Source: Saccostrea echinata
Lineage: Eukaryota
Direction of reading: 5' to 3'
DNA: 64,000 bases
NCBI RefSeq assembly: GCF_033153115.1
Contig: NW_026889766.1
Span: forward strand, 3,658,001-3,722,000
The position numbers and the translations under genes were made by a program. The notes below the pieces were generated by a model. That model was not told the origin of the DNA, made no database searches, and saw nothing but the letters and a program-made list of their open reading frames with translations. Shown in pieces: positions 11,122 through 23,749 of this stretch (position 1 is the stretch's first letter; each line of letters opens with the position of its first letter).

Positions 11122-14100
11122 ACAAAAGGATTGGCAATGGCCTCCATTCCATCTGCAGGACAGATGAGTACAACTGAGGTCCCTCTACAAACCACTAATC
11201 CTAGAGATCTCGTGTCATCTGTAAGCTTGTATGGATCATCCGGATCTGAAAATGGAAAGATACATTTTTGATATCATGAGACTTGCAACATTATATAAAT
11301 AGTGCACGTTTTTGAGGGTAACAGTTGAAATTGACACCCCAAGGAAAACCATTGTCAACCGACGCGTCAGCGGAGGTTGACAATGGTTTTCCGAGGGGTG
11401 TCAATTTCAACTGTTACCCTCAAAAACGTGCACTATTTATTTTATTATACTGAATGTCTTATTGATTTCGGGTGTCGTAAGAAAAAATTCGGAGATAGTC
11501 GTTAAGTTCACGCTTAGAAAGCTTTCAAACTCCCCGCTTCTATTTTTCTCAATAAGAAAGCTTCGGAAAAGATTTACCAACCTCTTTATTGTTTGTTTGC
11601 TACTCAAAAAGTCCTTTATTATCTAAAGTTTGCACTCGCAAGGATGTTTCGTCTGTCGTTTGTTATTTTCAAGTAAGCTACATCGGACGTAAGCTTTTAT
11701 TGACGTCGTTTATTCGACTTCTTTCAAACGCACAACCGACGTTTTGAGAATTCTACGGTGAACCGTACGCGCATGATTTGAACGCATGTGATATTTTCGT
11801 AATGTTACCCGTTGTCAAGTGTGTTGCTAACGCTGAGGGTAACATTACGGATTGTTAAATGCGTCTAAACCAATCAGATTTTAGTATTTAACATGAAAGT
11901 ATAATAATAAGAAATAAAACATGGATAACTGACATATTGAGTGCATATTGACCTAAAACGGGGACAAAGGGACAGTCTCCCATGAAAATTTGTTCCACTC
12001 AATTTTTTTTACTGCAAGAGTGTAAATTAAAAATTAAAGCCCCAAAAAGTTAATGGTGTTGCAAGGGAGTAGGATTAAAAAACAAGTTTTCTCATCTTCC
12101 TCTCTGCATAATCTTACTAGCACTAGGCTATGCTATATGTAGCTTTATATGTCAACTTTCATGATGAGTTTAAAAAGAAAATTGAATTGAATGGTAAACT
12201 ATCTTGTATTTCTTACCTATACATTAATTTTTCAGTCTTTTGATGCTTAATTTCCTTACATTTTACCTTCTTATGCATCTAAAACCATTACTTTGTCTCT
12301 TTCATTCTACTTTCTTTTTCTAGATGATTTTATTTTCTTTAAATATGAGCTGTATTGACCTAAATGTATTTTGGTTTCAAATATTTATATTGTACTAAAA
12401 TTAAAATTTAATGTTGAATGGCAGATTGTATTTACATGTTCTTGCCCGTACACTGAAATGTAATGAAAGTAACTCATTCCTGCAAAAATTGAAAATACAA
12501 ACATAAATTTACCACAAGCACCTACTCAGCTTAGCTTTACTTACTATGAACAAGAAATAATTATTGTATTTCAGGATTATTTTAACCCAATGTCACTGGA
12601 AAACAAACTCTTTTTGTGTGCAAGAAATATCTGCAAGTTTCCCGATCTTCTTTTTCCTAATGTCTAAATGAATATTTCTCAACACAAACTATTTATTTTA
12701 CTGTGTATTTATGTAGAATATTTCAAAATTAGTCTTGACTGATTTCAAATTGACTAATAGTGAATATGAGTTGTCACAAATAATAGTTGGTTTACAGTAC
12801 TTTTACCCTATCTTTCATGCAAACAATTTGGTCATTGCTTAAGCCCTGACTCAGTTGTGTTAAAAGAAAGATAACTCTTTCTCGCATAATCACCGGTGTG
12901 AGATTGACTTGTCCGGTGTGAGACAGCAGTGTGAGATTTTTCTGTCTTACACTGTGTATTACTACGCCGCGAACGATAACGTAAACATTCCGTCTTTATG
13001 TAAAGAAATTGTAACAATGTTAAAAAATATTACATATACTTAAAATGTTGTCATTTGACTTATTAAGATAAACTTATTTTCATTCAAAATATTGTCGTAT
13101 TTTCACTTTTTAAATGGCACTATTTTTAGATCGCGGAAGGGTCTTCTTGAATGAATGTGTACGCTTTCGGATAGATAAGTTTTTTTATTCCCAGTTTTTA
13201 TCTATCTAATTAATTTACATGGACTGAAATTCATTTTATCAGTTTACACTGCGTGTAAACCATTTTCAGGTACGCTCTCTCTGATGGTGTATTTAGATTT
13301 TTAATTAGATGGAAAATTAAAAGAATATATTTTTAGCCCTATCATAGCGACGTCATTGACAGGCCGTTATTTTGGATAAAATAATGCGAGAAAAATAATC
13401 ATTCATTACATACTCGTGTGGGAATAGTGAAATTCCACCTCGGGGCCAAGATTCACGGTCTAGGACTCGGCAAAGCCTCGTCCTAGACCGTGAATCTTGT
13501 CCCCTTGGTGGAATTTCACTATCCCACACTCGTTGTAATGAATGATTCTATTAGTCTCTGTTTCACCTGCTAACAGTGAGAAGGGGGGGGGGGGGCTTAA
13601 AATATGTAGGCAAAATATTTTTTAGTTTTGTTTTACATTTTTTTTTAAAATACACTGTAGGCATTTTGTCACAACAAATTGGATATACACATACTGCTGA
13701 ATTAACATATCTTTGATTTGGTATTTCTTCAGTGTTAATGCTCAGTTTAAAAATGCATAGATCCTTAAAAAGTACTTGTCTCAAATAAGATATCTAACTT
13801 TTCTCCTTGTTCAAGCTGAATTGTACACATTTTGGTCTCTAATTTTATGACACACTAAATACTAAGCAGGGTTGGGGTCAATTACTTTGAAATGTAATTA
13901 AATACTTTCAAATACATTGATAATTTTGTCAATTACTTGCAATTACAATTACATTGATTTTAACAAATGTAATTAATTACTCTCAATTACTTTGAAGAAT
14001 GTAATTAAATACATATCAATTACTTTAGGTTTATTTCCAAAAATTTTGAAGAACAAATACATGAATATTTTGAAGCAGCAATATTATTAAATTTGACCTT

Positions 14101-17100
14101 ACTTATTGCCCTGGTCACGTTTATGCTGTACGTATAAACATTATAAGGCATTTAGTTATTGAATAAACACAAACTCATGCCAACCAGTACTGGTATGCAT
14201 CATGATAAAACATATTTTTAATATGTAACTTGAAAAATAAAGTATTTGAACTGTAATTGAAATGTAATAGAAAAATACATGACATTTTTTACATGACATA
14301 TTTAAATACATTCAATTACTTGTAATTGAAAACAAACTCAATCACAAATACTTTCAATTACTTTGAAAAAATGTATTTAAATACAGTATATTAAAATTAC
14401 TTATTTCAATTACCCCAACCCTGATACTAAGGAAAACAACAGCTGACGGATTACCTCTGAGGTATTCTGTTGTGTCGTCCAGTACCAGGTTTAACAGGGG
14501 GTCGTAACCCTTCAACACACCTGCAGCTGTAGAAGAAAAAAATCAGTTTAACAAGAGCATCCATTCATAAAGTTTAAAAGGAAAATAAGATTTTGAGATT
14601 CAACAAAATTTTCATTTGTTGAGGTTTAAATATGAAAATTATATGGGCATATGAGGCTCGACATTAACATTTGTCTGCTTGTCCTGTACTGGTGAAAAAA
14701 TTTCATGGACAATTGAACATTGCTGGGCACTTCTCCGATTTAACAAGTGATTTTTCTGTGTAGATTTTTTTTCCTGAAGATGAAAAATAACATGTTCAAC
14801 TTTTTATTAGAAGTTCATGCAGTTGTGTAAACAGTTAAGTGTGATCCTGATCATAAAAATGAAAGAATGAGTGCACTTTAGTACGTCATTTGGAACCTTT
14901 TCGGCTACCCATTTTAAGCTTTACATTACAATATATCACTTAATTAATCTATGATTATTGTGCAAGCATATTCTTTTGATATTTATTCCTTGAATTTTTT
15001 TGTCATACATATTTCTATAATTACAGACAATGTCATTGAAAAGAACATATACAAACCTTAAATTCCGGAAATTTGAACGGGACCACTTACGAATTTAAGG
15101 TATCCGCAAATAGGCGGAGTCATTTAAATCGCATGGATGTGGAATGTAAACATTAGCACATATATGAATTTTTTTCGCACTGCGAATTTAAATGGAGAAG
15201 AGAGAGATTGTGTAGTTTTATGGTGCACAAATAATAAATGATTCTAGTGTTTATGGATTGGGAAGATGTCTCGCCCTGCAGACCATTATACAGAGGCGAC
15301 ATGAGCCTGTACATGTACTTACTTATCACACTGTCAATACCAGAATTCTTTCAAAACACCCGTAATGAAAAATACAAAGTAAAATAAGAGACATATAATC
15401 TTCAAACCCTATTAAAATTTGCGCAAAAATCTTCCATAGTTTGAAGTTGGAAGTACGATAGATACTGTCACAATAGAAACTTTCAATAACAAACACAATG
15501 AAATGCTCAATGAAAGCCTTAGCGTATCGAACAGTGGAATGTCACGTGAGTAAAGTGATTATAATATCAATCGTTGACACTCAGTGAACTGTTAATTTAG
15601 TGGCTAATTCGACCGTAGTTTGGAGACTTTTTCAAAAAATTAGATATGAGCCGCAATTTGTCCAACATTGTCCTTTGGATATGTTGAAGTTTAAATCAAA
15701 ATACACATTCTGTGCAAATGAGACCAATGGACAAGTTGCGGCTCGATGTAAACAATGTCGTTGAAAACTGGTATGCATATGAATAACAATAGAAATGTGA
15801 CAAAACTGTTAGACCCCCGTCTCAAAAGCTAGTGTCGCTCGGCATTATTTAATACTTTCATGTAGTATAATATACCAAAACCTGCTCTTAAGACATTGTT
15901 TAATACCTATAAAACATAAAGTTTATGAACTTTGGAATTTTATTTTGCGCAAAACACCGGGACCCAGCTCTCATAGCTTAAGTGCACTCATCCTTTGATT
16001 TCGATCGTCAAACTCAATCAAGATTAAAGTTCACTGTGGAGGTTTACTTTCAATCTTGAACTTAGATCTAACCAAGTTTGCATTTTCAGTATCGGGTAAG
16101 AAAGCTGAAATAAACAAAGACAATGGTAATAAAAAGAGAAGAAAAAAGGCAAATTAACGTTTCATGTTGGACTTATTTCTTTCTGTTATTATTTTTATAT
16201 CATCTTATTAATCAAACACATCCATTATCCTTGAAAGAACTCGAGCAGTTATATGTAAAGAGAACAAGAAGAAGGTAGGGGTGTAGAGCCCACAATACAT
16301 GGGGTTTCATACCTTCTCGGCCACCACTGAATTTGACCCGAATAGTTTTGTCTAGATATTTTGCAAGATCCAAAATTGTCTCTTTCTTCTTCTTTTCTTT
16401 ATCTTTATCCCCTGATTGCTGAAAAAGAAAGGAAAGACTGATTCTCAATTAAAGGAAATAACAGGGTTTGACATTAACTTTTATGAGTACTAGACCAGTC
16501 TGGCTACTTCCCATAATTTTTACTAGCCCTGACCATAAAATCACTAGCCCTGACCAAAATTGAAAATGTTCTTTATATAACTTGCTATTATAATGAAAAA
16601 AAGTTTTGAACCATACTACAGTGTATCTCTCGCACATTTTCAGGTATACATTTTGACAGACTGTTCCATAGGTAGCAGCGCAATGAGTCAATGAGAGAAT
16701 ATTATAAGCTTTAAAGAACATTAATTAAAGGAACTTAAATAAAATCATTACCATAAATATACATGTAAACAGATTAAAAACTATATTATTGGATGACTAT
16801 TCATACCAAATGATACTGAATGAAGCTAGTTTCGATCACGACTTGTCTATTACAGACCGGCTCAAAAATAGCGGTTTTGTCATGCAGGGAAGTTTTCTTT
16901 TTCAGAGCAATGTCTGTGTTTGCAATCGGAAAATTAAGAAAATTTCTTTTAAAAGTTTTTAGAGCATTTATTTGAAAGACTGAGATGAGGGTTAACATTT
17001 ATTTCATCCACACGACCATTCGATCTAGTTCACGAACATTTAACACAACCGGACCACACATTTACTAGACTGTGTCAGTCGGACGTGCCTTAGTGTCAAA

Positions 17101-19902
17101 CCTTGAAGAATTATGCTTTTAAAACATTTCTCAAGATTAACAATGACACTGGTACTCTCTTTATTCAAGAGCAAATTCTATCTATATTATTCTCCTTGAC
17201 CTTATTTAGAAAAGTTCTGATCTTTGGAAAATCTTCAGAATGAAGAAAGGATGTATTTATAAATCCGACAATAGTGCAATATGACAATAATTATGTGTAC
17301 TGCTCACTAACAAGTCATTCTCAAGCATACATATCATATGGTAATAAATAGGCCTGAGTATCGCAAGCTACCTAACGATATGATACATATCACAATACCA
17401 TCATGCGATATAACATGTATCATGATACAGCTGTCAACAATTGAATTAACCATTATCTTAATATATTATTCTTTGCTAACCTCCACAGTTATAGAAAATA
17501 TAAAAAGAATATCTTGAGACCCTGACCAAAGTTAATAAAAGGTAGATTTATAATCTTGACATTGTATTCTTTCTTTGCTACTTTTTTTTCAGCCATTTTA
17601 AAAATTAAAATTTGTTACGTTGTATGTAGTAGTTTCAAACAAAACAAAGAAAAGTATCTTGTACTGTATCACGATACATACATGGCGATACAATACGCAT
17701 ATCGTGAGCGCTTGTGATCAATACAATCCATGTTTTGCTGTATCGTTACACCTCTGGTAATAAAGCAAAATAATATTTGAAATTTAGGACTGATTCCATG
17801 TTAAAACTTTGTAACCACTATATCTAGTAAATAAATGAAGAAGGATAAGAAATGAGGCAAAGTCCACGCACATAGGAAGCATTTTTTTCGGGGGAGAGGG
17901 GCACAATCTGACAAATTCTTTACAAGCAAAATTGCAGTCCTCCCATCAACCCCCTTACACACTTTCAGTCTTGTTTATCATTTAACCTGTGATACGAAAT
18001 GAAAAATATGAAAGTAAGGACTCACTAACAGGTCCTGTACAATCAGTACATTTAGCTACGTAGCTAAAATTACCTACCGTAGCTTTATTTACCTACCTCA
18101 GGTAGCTTTATTTAGCTATTTCAAGGCAACTTTTCACAATTTTGCCTTTTATTTTAAAAAGACAAAAAATCGCAAATAAATGACTACCAATATTTATATT
18201 AGGGATTATCTAAAGAGTAATCCAAAGCAGAGATAGTTTTAACATTGCTACGTTTGAACACTTTTAAGGAAAAGATGTATTTCCATTGTTTGAGTAACTG
18301 TACACTACCTTGTGATGAGGCGTGGATAAGTATGATTGCTTCACATTGTGCTCATGTTAACCAGAACTGGTTTTCTTTGTTATTTCATTCAAGAAGTAAC
18401 TGTTCAGTCACAAATTAACTGTTGTGTATAGCCCCAAAACTTTTAGAACTTTGATTGAAATTGCGCAGAAAAAGACACATCTCCAAGAGTGATTTTTTCA
18501 TGAATTGTTTTCAGATGAGTTCAAAGTTGAAAATGATCACTGCATCAACAGTCTAGACGAACTCCAAAAACAGCGTTTCCGGAAGTAAGAAATTGAGACT
18601 GAAAAAGACTCCGAAAAAAGAGTCCGCGCATGCGCACACGCACAAAAAATGGCGATTTTTCGGCAAAAATGATGGGTCTACAAAAACTGTCTGTGCAAAG
18701 TTTTGGAAAGTATGGCAATTATGCCAGTACTCAGAAATGCTAAATAAAAGACTTTGGAAGAGATCGTATTTGTCAGAATTTTTATTTTATTTGCAAAAAA
18801 GGAGATATTTACTTTCAAAGTTGACGTTTGAAGTCAGGTCAATTACAGAGAAAACGATACGTTTGAGAAGTAAAAATGCATAATAAAAGGGATATATATG
18901 CAAAATGGGATAATATATATTGTAACTGTTAAAAACTTGACTGAATTTTACACATAAATTAGCATTCCGGTATTTTTATTTGTGTTAGACATCTGATTTG
19001 AACGCGTAAGTTCTTACCATCGTTATTTACCGATTTTTTATCACATACGAACAGATATTATTATGAAAACATTTTTAAAACTATTGGTTATCAATATGAA
19101 ATCTTTAAAAACCACTCTTCTAGAAATTATAAGGTCACAACATGTCTTCTAAAAATGAACCTGTGAATATCTCTGCTCCGTGGTGAAAAATACGCATTTT
19201 CTAATTAAAATAAATACAAGTTGAGTGTCTTCAAAAACAAATAAAAGCACCTATATTGTAGGAACAACATAAAAATTAAATCAAGGAGACAATAAATCAA
19301 ATAAGAAAATAATTCTTACCGGCAGTATTGAATTCAATGTCGTATATCCAATTTACTACTATGCAAGAGTTTGAAGCAATAAATAAGTCAATATCCACAA
19401 AATAATTTAATAAATATAATTATCCATTCAACAAAAAATTAAAATAAAGTCACAATGCACTAAATACAGCCATCATGCACCCGTATATTTGGAGAAAGCG
19501 AACGACAATCCATCGTTTGTTTACATCGGACGCCATTTTGCCGCAATGCATGATGGAGCCAAAGACTTCGTTTTCGGAGTTCACGCCGTTTTTAGAGTTC
19601 GTCTAGACTGATCAAAGTGCAATTTTCTGCACTTTCTGGAAAAATTCTAATTTAAGAAATAAGTTTGATTTAGTAGCTAAATAAAGCTACTTCAGGTAGG
19701 TAAATAAAGCTATGTAGGTAATTCAAGCTACGTAGCTAAATCTAGTGATTGTACCAGACTTGACTAATTGCACTGAATGGTACTTTAAGTTTTCAAAAAG
19801 CTGGAATGTGACACTTTCGAAAAAATGTTCAATTTGTTGAGCAAAAAATAGAGTGAAAATGAATACTTAACGTACCTGCATTTGCTTTGGGGCTTGTGAC
19901 AT
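11106..19902 (-). CDS. LSM7: U6 snRNA-associated Sm-like protein LSm7 (114 aa, 4 exons)
   Basis: Exons 19902-19876, 16418-16313, 14526-14455 and 11245-11106, all GT-AG and in phase. Translation: MSQAPKQMQQSGDKDKEKKKKETILDLAKYLDKTIRVKFSGGREAAGVLKGYDPLLNLVLDDTTEYLRDPDDPYKLTDDTRSLGLVVCRGTSVVLICPADGMEAIANPFVQQEG*. Canonical LSm7 Sm1/Sm2 motifs. Confidence 0.97.
11293..11907 (+). mobile_element. Hairpin-ended non-autonomous element, family B, in LSM7 intron 3
   Basis: Near-perfect hairpin at 11295-11440. TTATTATACT (11442-11451) is the exact complement of the terminal AGTATAATAA (11898-11907). CCAATCAGA lies near the 3' end. Confidence 0.8.
12877..13555 (-). mobile_element. Hairpin-ended element, family A copy 2, in LSM7 intron 3
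   Basis: Reverse-complement copy of 3806-4487, roughly 96-97% identical by manual comparison. Confidence 0.88.
13867..14423. mobile_element. hAT MITE with perfect 8-bp TSD
   Basis: TIR CAGGGTTGGGGT / ACCCCAACCCTG. TSD ATACTAAG at 13859-13866 and 14424-14431. Many subterminal CAATTAC/GTAATT motifs. Confidence 0.92.
14864..15994. mobile_element. Kolobok-like non-autonomous element
   Basis: TIR AGAATGAGTGCACTTTAG / CTTAAGTGCACTCATCCT. Flanks TGAA and TTGA are compatible with a decayed TTAA TSD. Confidence 0.6.
16462..17105. mobile_element. hAT-like MITE
   Basis: TIR CAGGGTTTGACATTAA / TTAGTGTCAAACCTTG, related to the TIR of 1231-2151. Subterminal ACTAGCCC/ACTAGAC repeats. Confidence 0.7.
17349..17756. 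mobile_element. hAT MITE with perfect 8-bp TSD
   Basis: TSD GTAATAAA at 17341-17348 and 17757-17764. Degenerate termini TAGGCCTG / CACCTCTG and subterminal GATAC/GTATCG repeats. Confidence 0.8.
18029..19762. mobile_element. Long-TIR DNA element with 5-bp TSD, in LSM7 intron 1
   Basis: ~90-bp imperfect TIRs built from TAGCTAC/TACCTAC motifs, termini CAGG / CTTG. TSD ACTAA at 18024-18028 and 19763-19767. Confidence 0.85.
18549..19610. mobile_element. TIR element with 5-bp TSD nested in the previous element
   Basis: TIR CAGTCTAGACGAACTC / GAGTTCGTCTAGACTG. TSD ATCAA at 18544-18548 and 19611-19615. Confidence 0.88.
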
Positions 19903-20060
19903 GATGATTTCAGCGACTTTTTTGCTATTGAATTTTATGAAAAACGTCACGGTTAAACGTGCAACCAAACGCTCGCTCAAATCGGAAATAAACTAGAGAC
20001 GATATTGTTGGAGTTTGTTTGATCAGACTTAAAGTTTCCGGAAAAAACTAACCATTTCAA
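19903..20060 (-). promoter_or_regulatory. Putative LSM7 5' UTR and proximal promoter
   Basis: Lies immediately upstream of the LSM7 ATG. Locally CpG-richer, with ETS-like CGGAA motifs (~19984, ~20039) and no clear TATA box. Confidence 0.4.
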
Positions 20061-23000
20061 TGAAGATATGCATTGCTTGGTTTATTGATTTCTTTCTCGT
20101 ATTTAAAAAAAGTTTCTACCAAAACCAACATCTGTTTTTCTATGACTTTGAAGCTTTTTGACAGCGGATAACGTCTTGCTTAAATAATATCTATTGATTC
20201 AAGAACACGGTGCTCTAGGCAGTCGGGGGTTCACAAATAAATATTACAACACAGATGTTCTCTCTCCTAGCTATCAATAATGCATAAAAGTTCGATTCTT
20301 GTCCAGGTACGAATATATAGCGCCTTGTTCCACGTTTTAATGATGATTTGTCATTATGGAGATTGTTAAGAATCAGTAAGTACATGTACATTTTATAAAT
20401 TTTCATTTTTTTTTCACATTACCTTTAACTACATGTACTTGCATGTAGCGAACAATTTGTAAACAATTGTGTGGAACATAGATTTCTGCACGGGCTTTAA
20501 TTTTTTTTCTGTATTATTTTAGATTATCAGTACTATTATTATTTTTTAAATTATTTTTATTTATTTACTTATTTATTTATTTTTTTATGTGACGGAAAGG
20601 GGTGCAGTAGAAAAACAATCAGCTAAATCAGCAAAAAATATATAGAAACATGTATCGGCTCAAAATGAGGAAACAAAACTACATGTATGTTGTTGTAGAA
20701 TTAAGGAATGTATGAATTTGTCACAAATTTCATGATGAAATATGATAAGGCTTCCAGATTTTCAAGGAATATCAAAACCATTAAGAAGTTGAAGATCAAA
20801 ACACATGTATGACTTCTAAACGTTTAAACAATCAGTGTGACCTCTGTATCATCAAAATATTATAATATATATTATATACTATATTATAGTAAAGTTCTGT
20901 TGACAAGGCCTGTCCATAATGAAGCAACCTCTGCCACAAATAGGATTTTATTTGACGCTCCTTCAATACAGCGTTAAGTTTTGGACATGAATGTTAATCC
21001 CTTTTGACCTTGACCTCGTTCCAGTGACCTTGAATGCGAGGATCCAGGATTTTTTTCGGGGGGGGGGGGGGGGGGAGAACCCCAGTCAAAAAAATTTCCA
21101 ACCCAGAAATTTCTCGACAAGCAAAAAAAGAAAAATGTAAAACCCATTCCTAAACGTGATGGGGTCCACCTTTTCTACGGGGGAGGGGGGTCCAAAATCA
21201 TTTTTTATTTGCTTCAGTGTACTTTTAATAACTCTGCAAATTCCGGGGGGGGGGGGGGGTCCGGACCTCCCAACCCCCAACCCTCCCTATCCCCTCTAAA
21301 TCCACGCATGCTGTAATAGGATAGTCTTTCTTTTGATTACTTCAATTGTTATGAGCGAGTTTACAATTACTAAATAATGCCTCTTCACATGCCAAGAAAT
21401 CCCGTCCATTTTTCCACAGCGATGGAGTCAATAAAAGTGTAATTGATGCAAATCACCCATATTCCCCTAACGCTGGCGAGACAATTAACGGCAGCAGATT
21501 TGAGGGGGTGGATCCTATGTTTTCCGTTTTCTTAGTCAAAGAAAAATAAACTTCTACCCCAGGAAGTAGCCTCCTATGCCCTGAAAAAAATAGTTCCTGT
21601 CAAAAACCTTTATTTATTTACAAAATATGTAAAATGCACTAGACACAGGTCCCAAAATTGTAAAAATAGACTGGAAGGAAATTAAAAAAAAAATTCAAAA
21701 GGAAAAAATAATAATTTTATATGTATGGAACTACAACTGAGTTCATTTTCATTGGTCAATTACCGGTATGATACCTTAATAAGGTGCGAGACTTCGATCA
21801 CAACAACCAGGTTTGTCGTGCCCGATGTTAATTTATACTAGGAAAAAAATATTTTGATATATAAACACTGAAAAATTTGAAAGGCGTCTAATTTTTACTG
21901 AACAATTAATTAGTTCACTACAATTTATATCACTTTCTTTTTCTTCTTTTTTAACCGCATGTGACTTGCATGGAAAATCCCCCCCCCCTTAAAAAAAACA
22001 ACAGGAAAAAAGGTGCAAAGGCTTCTAAATAATAAGTATTCTAGCTTTAATTTCAAACCAGTAAAACTTAAGATCCTTCCCTCAAAACTGCTGACATTAA
22101 TTGCCTCGCACACATCTCCCTGGGGAAAAATCACAGATTAACGCTAATTCCGCTTTTATTGAGTTCGCTCTAAAACTAGAATGCGTACCTTTTCTTGGCA
22201 TGACGGTACAACGCACGTTATGTTATGGATTTCACACAAGTTAATGGTAAATTCAAATTTAATTTTTTCTTACCTTGACATTGTTCCAATAACTTTCACT
22301 CAAGTTCAAGGCACATCCTTTTAATTGTCATAGAATACATTATTAAATCAAATAGGATGGAAGTTTTCCTTTCATTTACCTCAATTATCATGTGCGAGTT
22401 AAACTATGTAGAAGCACAAACAGACAGACAAACAAAGAGACGCCCATCCACCCCCAACGGCGTGAACCCTACCCACAGGCACCCGAAGCGTAGAACCACC
22501 CCCCCCCCTCCCCCAACTTACTAATACATGTAAAATATAAGGAGTGTTTATTTTCTCGAAAATGTGTGATTTCTCCGTCAATTCTATCTGTATGTCATTC
22601 TGTGCAATTGGTTTACAACTGTACTTTTGTTAAGGTTTAAAAATTGGCCATACACGGTACATGTATAATAAAATACATTTATTCCTATATTTTACATGTA
22701 TTAGTTAGCTGGGGCGGGAGAGAGATCGAGATCGAGAGAGATTTAGATCCACGCTTCATGTGCCTGTGCCCCACCCATCCAAATGGTCTAAGAAGTATAT
22801 GGAGCACTGCAAAGCATTAAAGATTAAAATTTTCTTTGAAGATATTAACATGTGCTAATAATAACATATGTTTAATATTTGTATATCTAGCAAAATAGTA
22901 CAAGCTTTCAATTTCCTCTAAGGCCCCAAGCATCCAATCATCAACCCCCGCCGAGAGCCCCTGAATCTGAAACCGGTGAATTTTAATTTTGTAAACACGA

Positions 23001-23749
23001 GACGGGCGCTACAGCGCCGCAATCCACGTGTAATCTACGAACACAAAGAACACGTAGTTTGTGGATAAGGATACAGTTTCATTTTTAAAAGCCAAGTTTT
23101 TATAAAGAAATGTTTTGTGACATCCAATATGGCTAGATAATTCGTATTTACCTGCCGTTTGGTTTTATTAACATTTTCCCCCTATTTTTTGACACACCGG
23201 AGTTATTGTATCGGAACGTTTAAAACAGGAGGTTTTAATTCAGAAAATCTATTTCTCTGTTTGATGTGTCGAAAAATATGATGGATGTTGTGTATCGAAG
23301 TTAGTGTTTGCTGAACACATACTTTTGGAAGTCTATTATTAAACTTTATAGACGTTGGTGCTGCTTTAATTGTGTGCTAATAGGACAATATTTTGCTCAG
23401 AAAAGAGGAAAACTGAAACTACATTTCAAGTGACAATTTGGATTATGTACAAGCTTGGTATTTACATGTAATTTGTTAAGTGCCATCTTCGAAAGATTTT
23501 TTTTCTATTCAATGGCTTTTTATTCCCATGACAGACTTGCATGTTGAAGCATCAGTAATGTAAATCGTTACCAAAGTATGTATGAATGTCTTATGCAGCT
23601 GGATATTTTCTGTTTCAACTCATGCGCATTGACACCTGACATAAAAGACATACATGACCACCCCTCAAACGAGGGGTTTACCACCCTAAGCAGTATGGAA
23701 TAACTTCCCCTTGTCCATCTTAAAGTGACGTCATAATCTCTGAGGTCTG

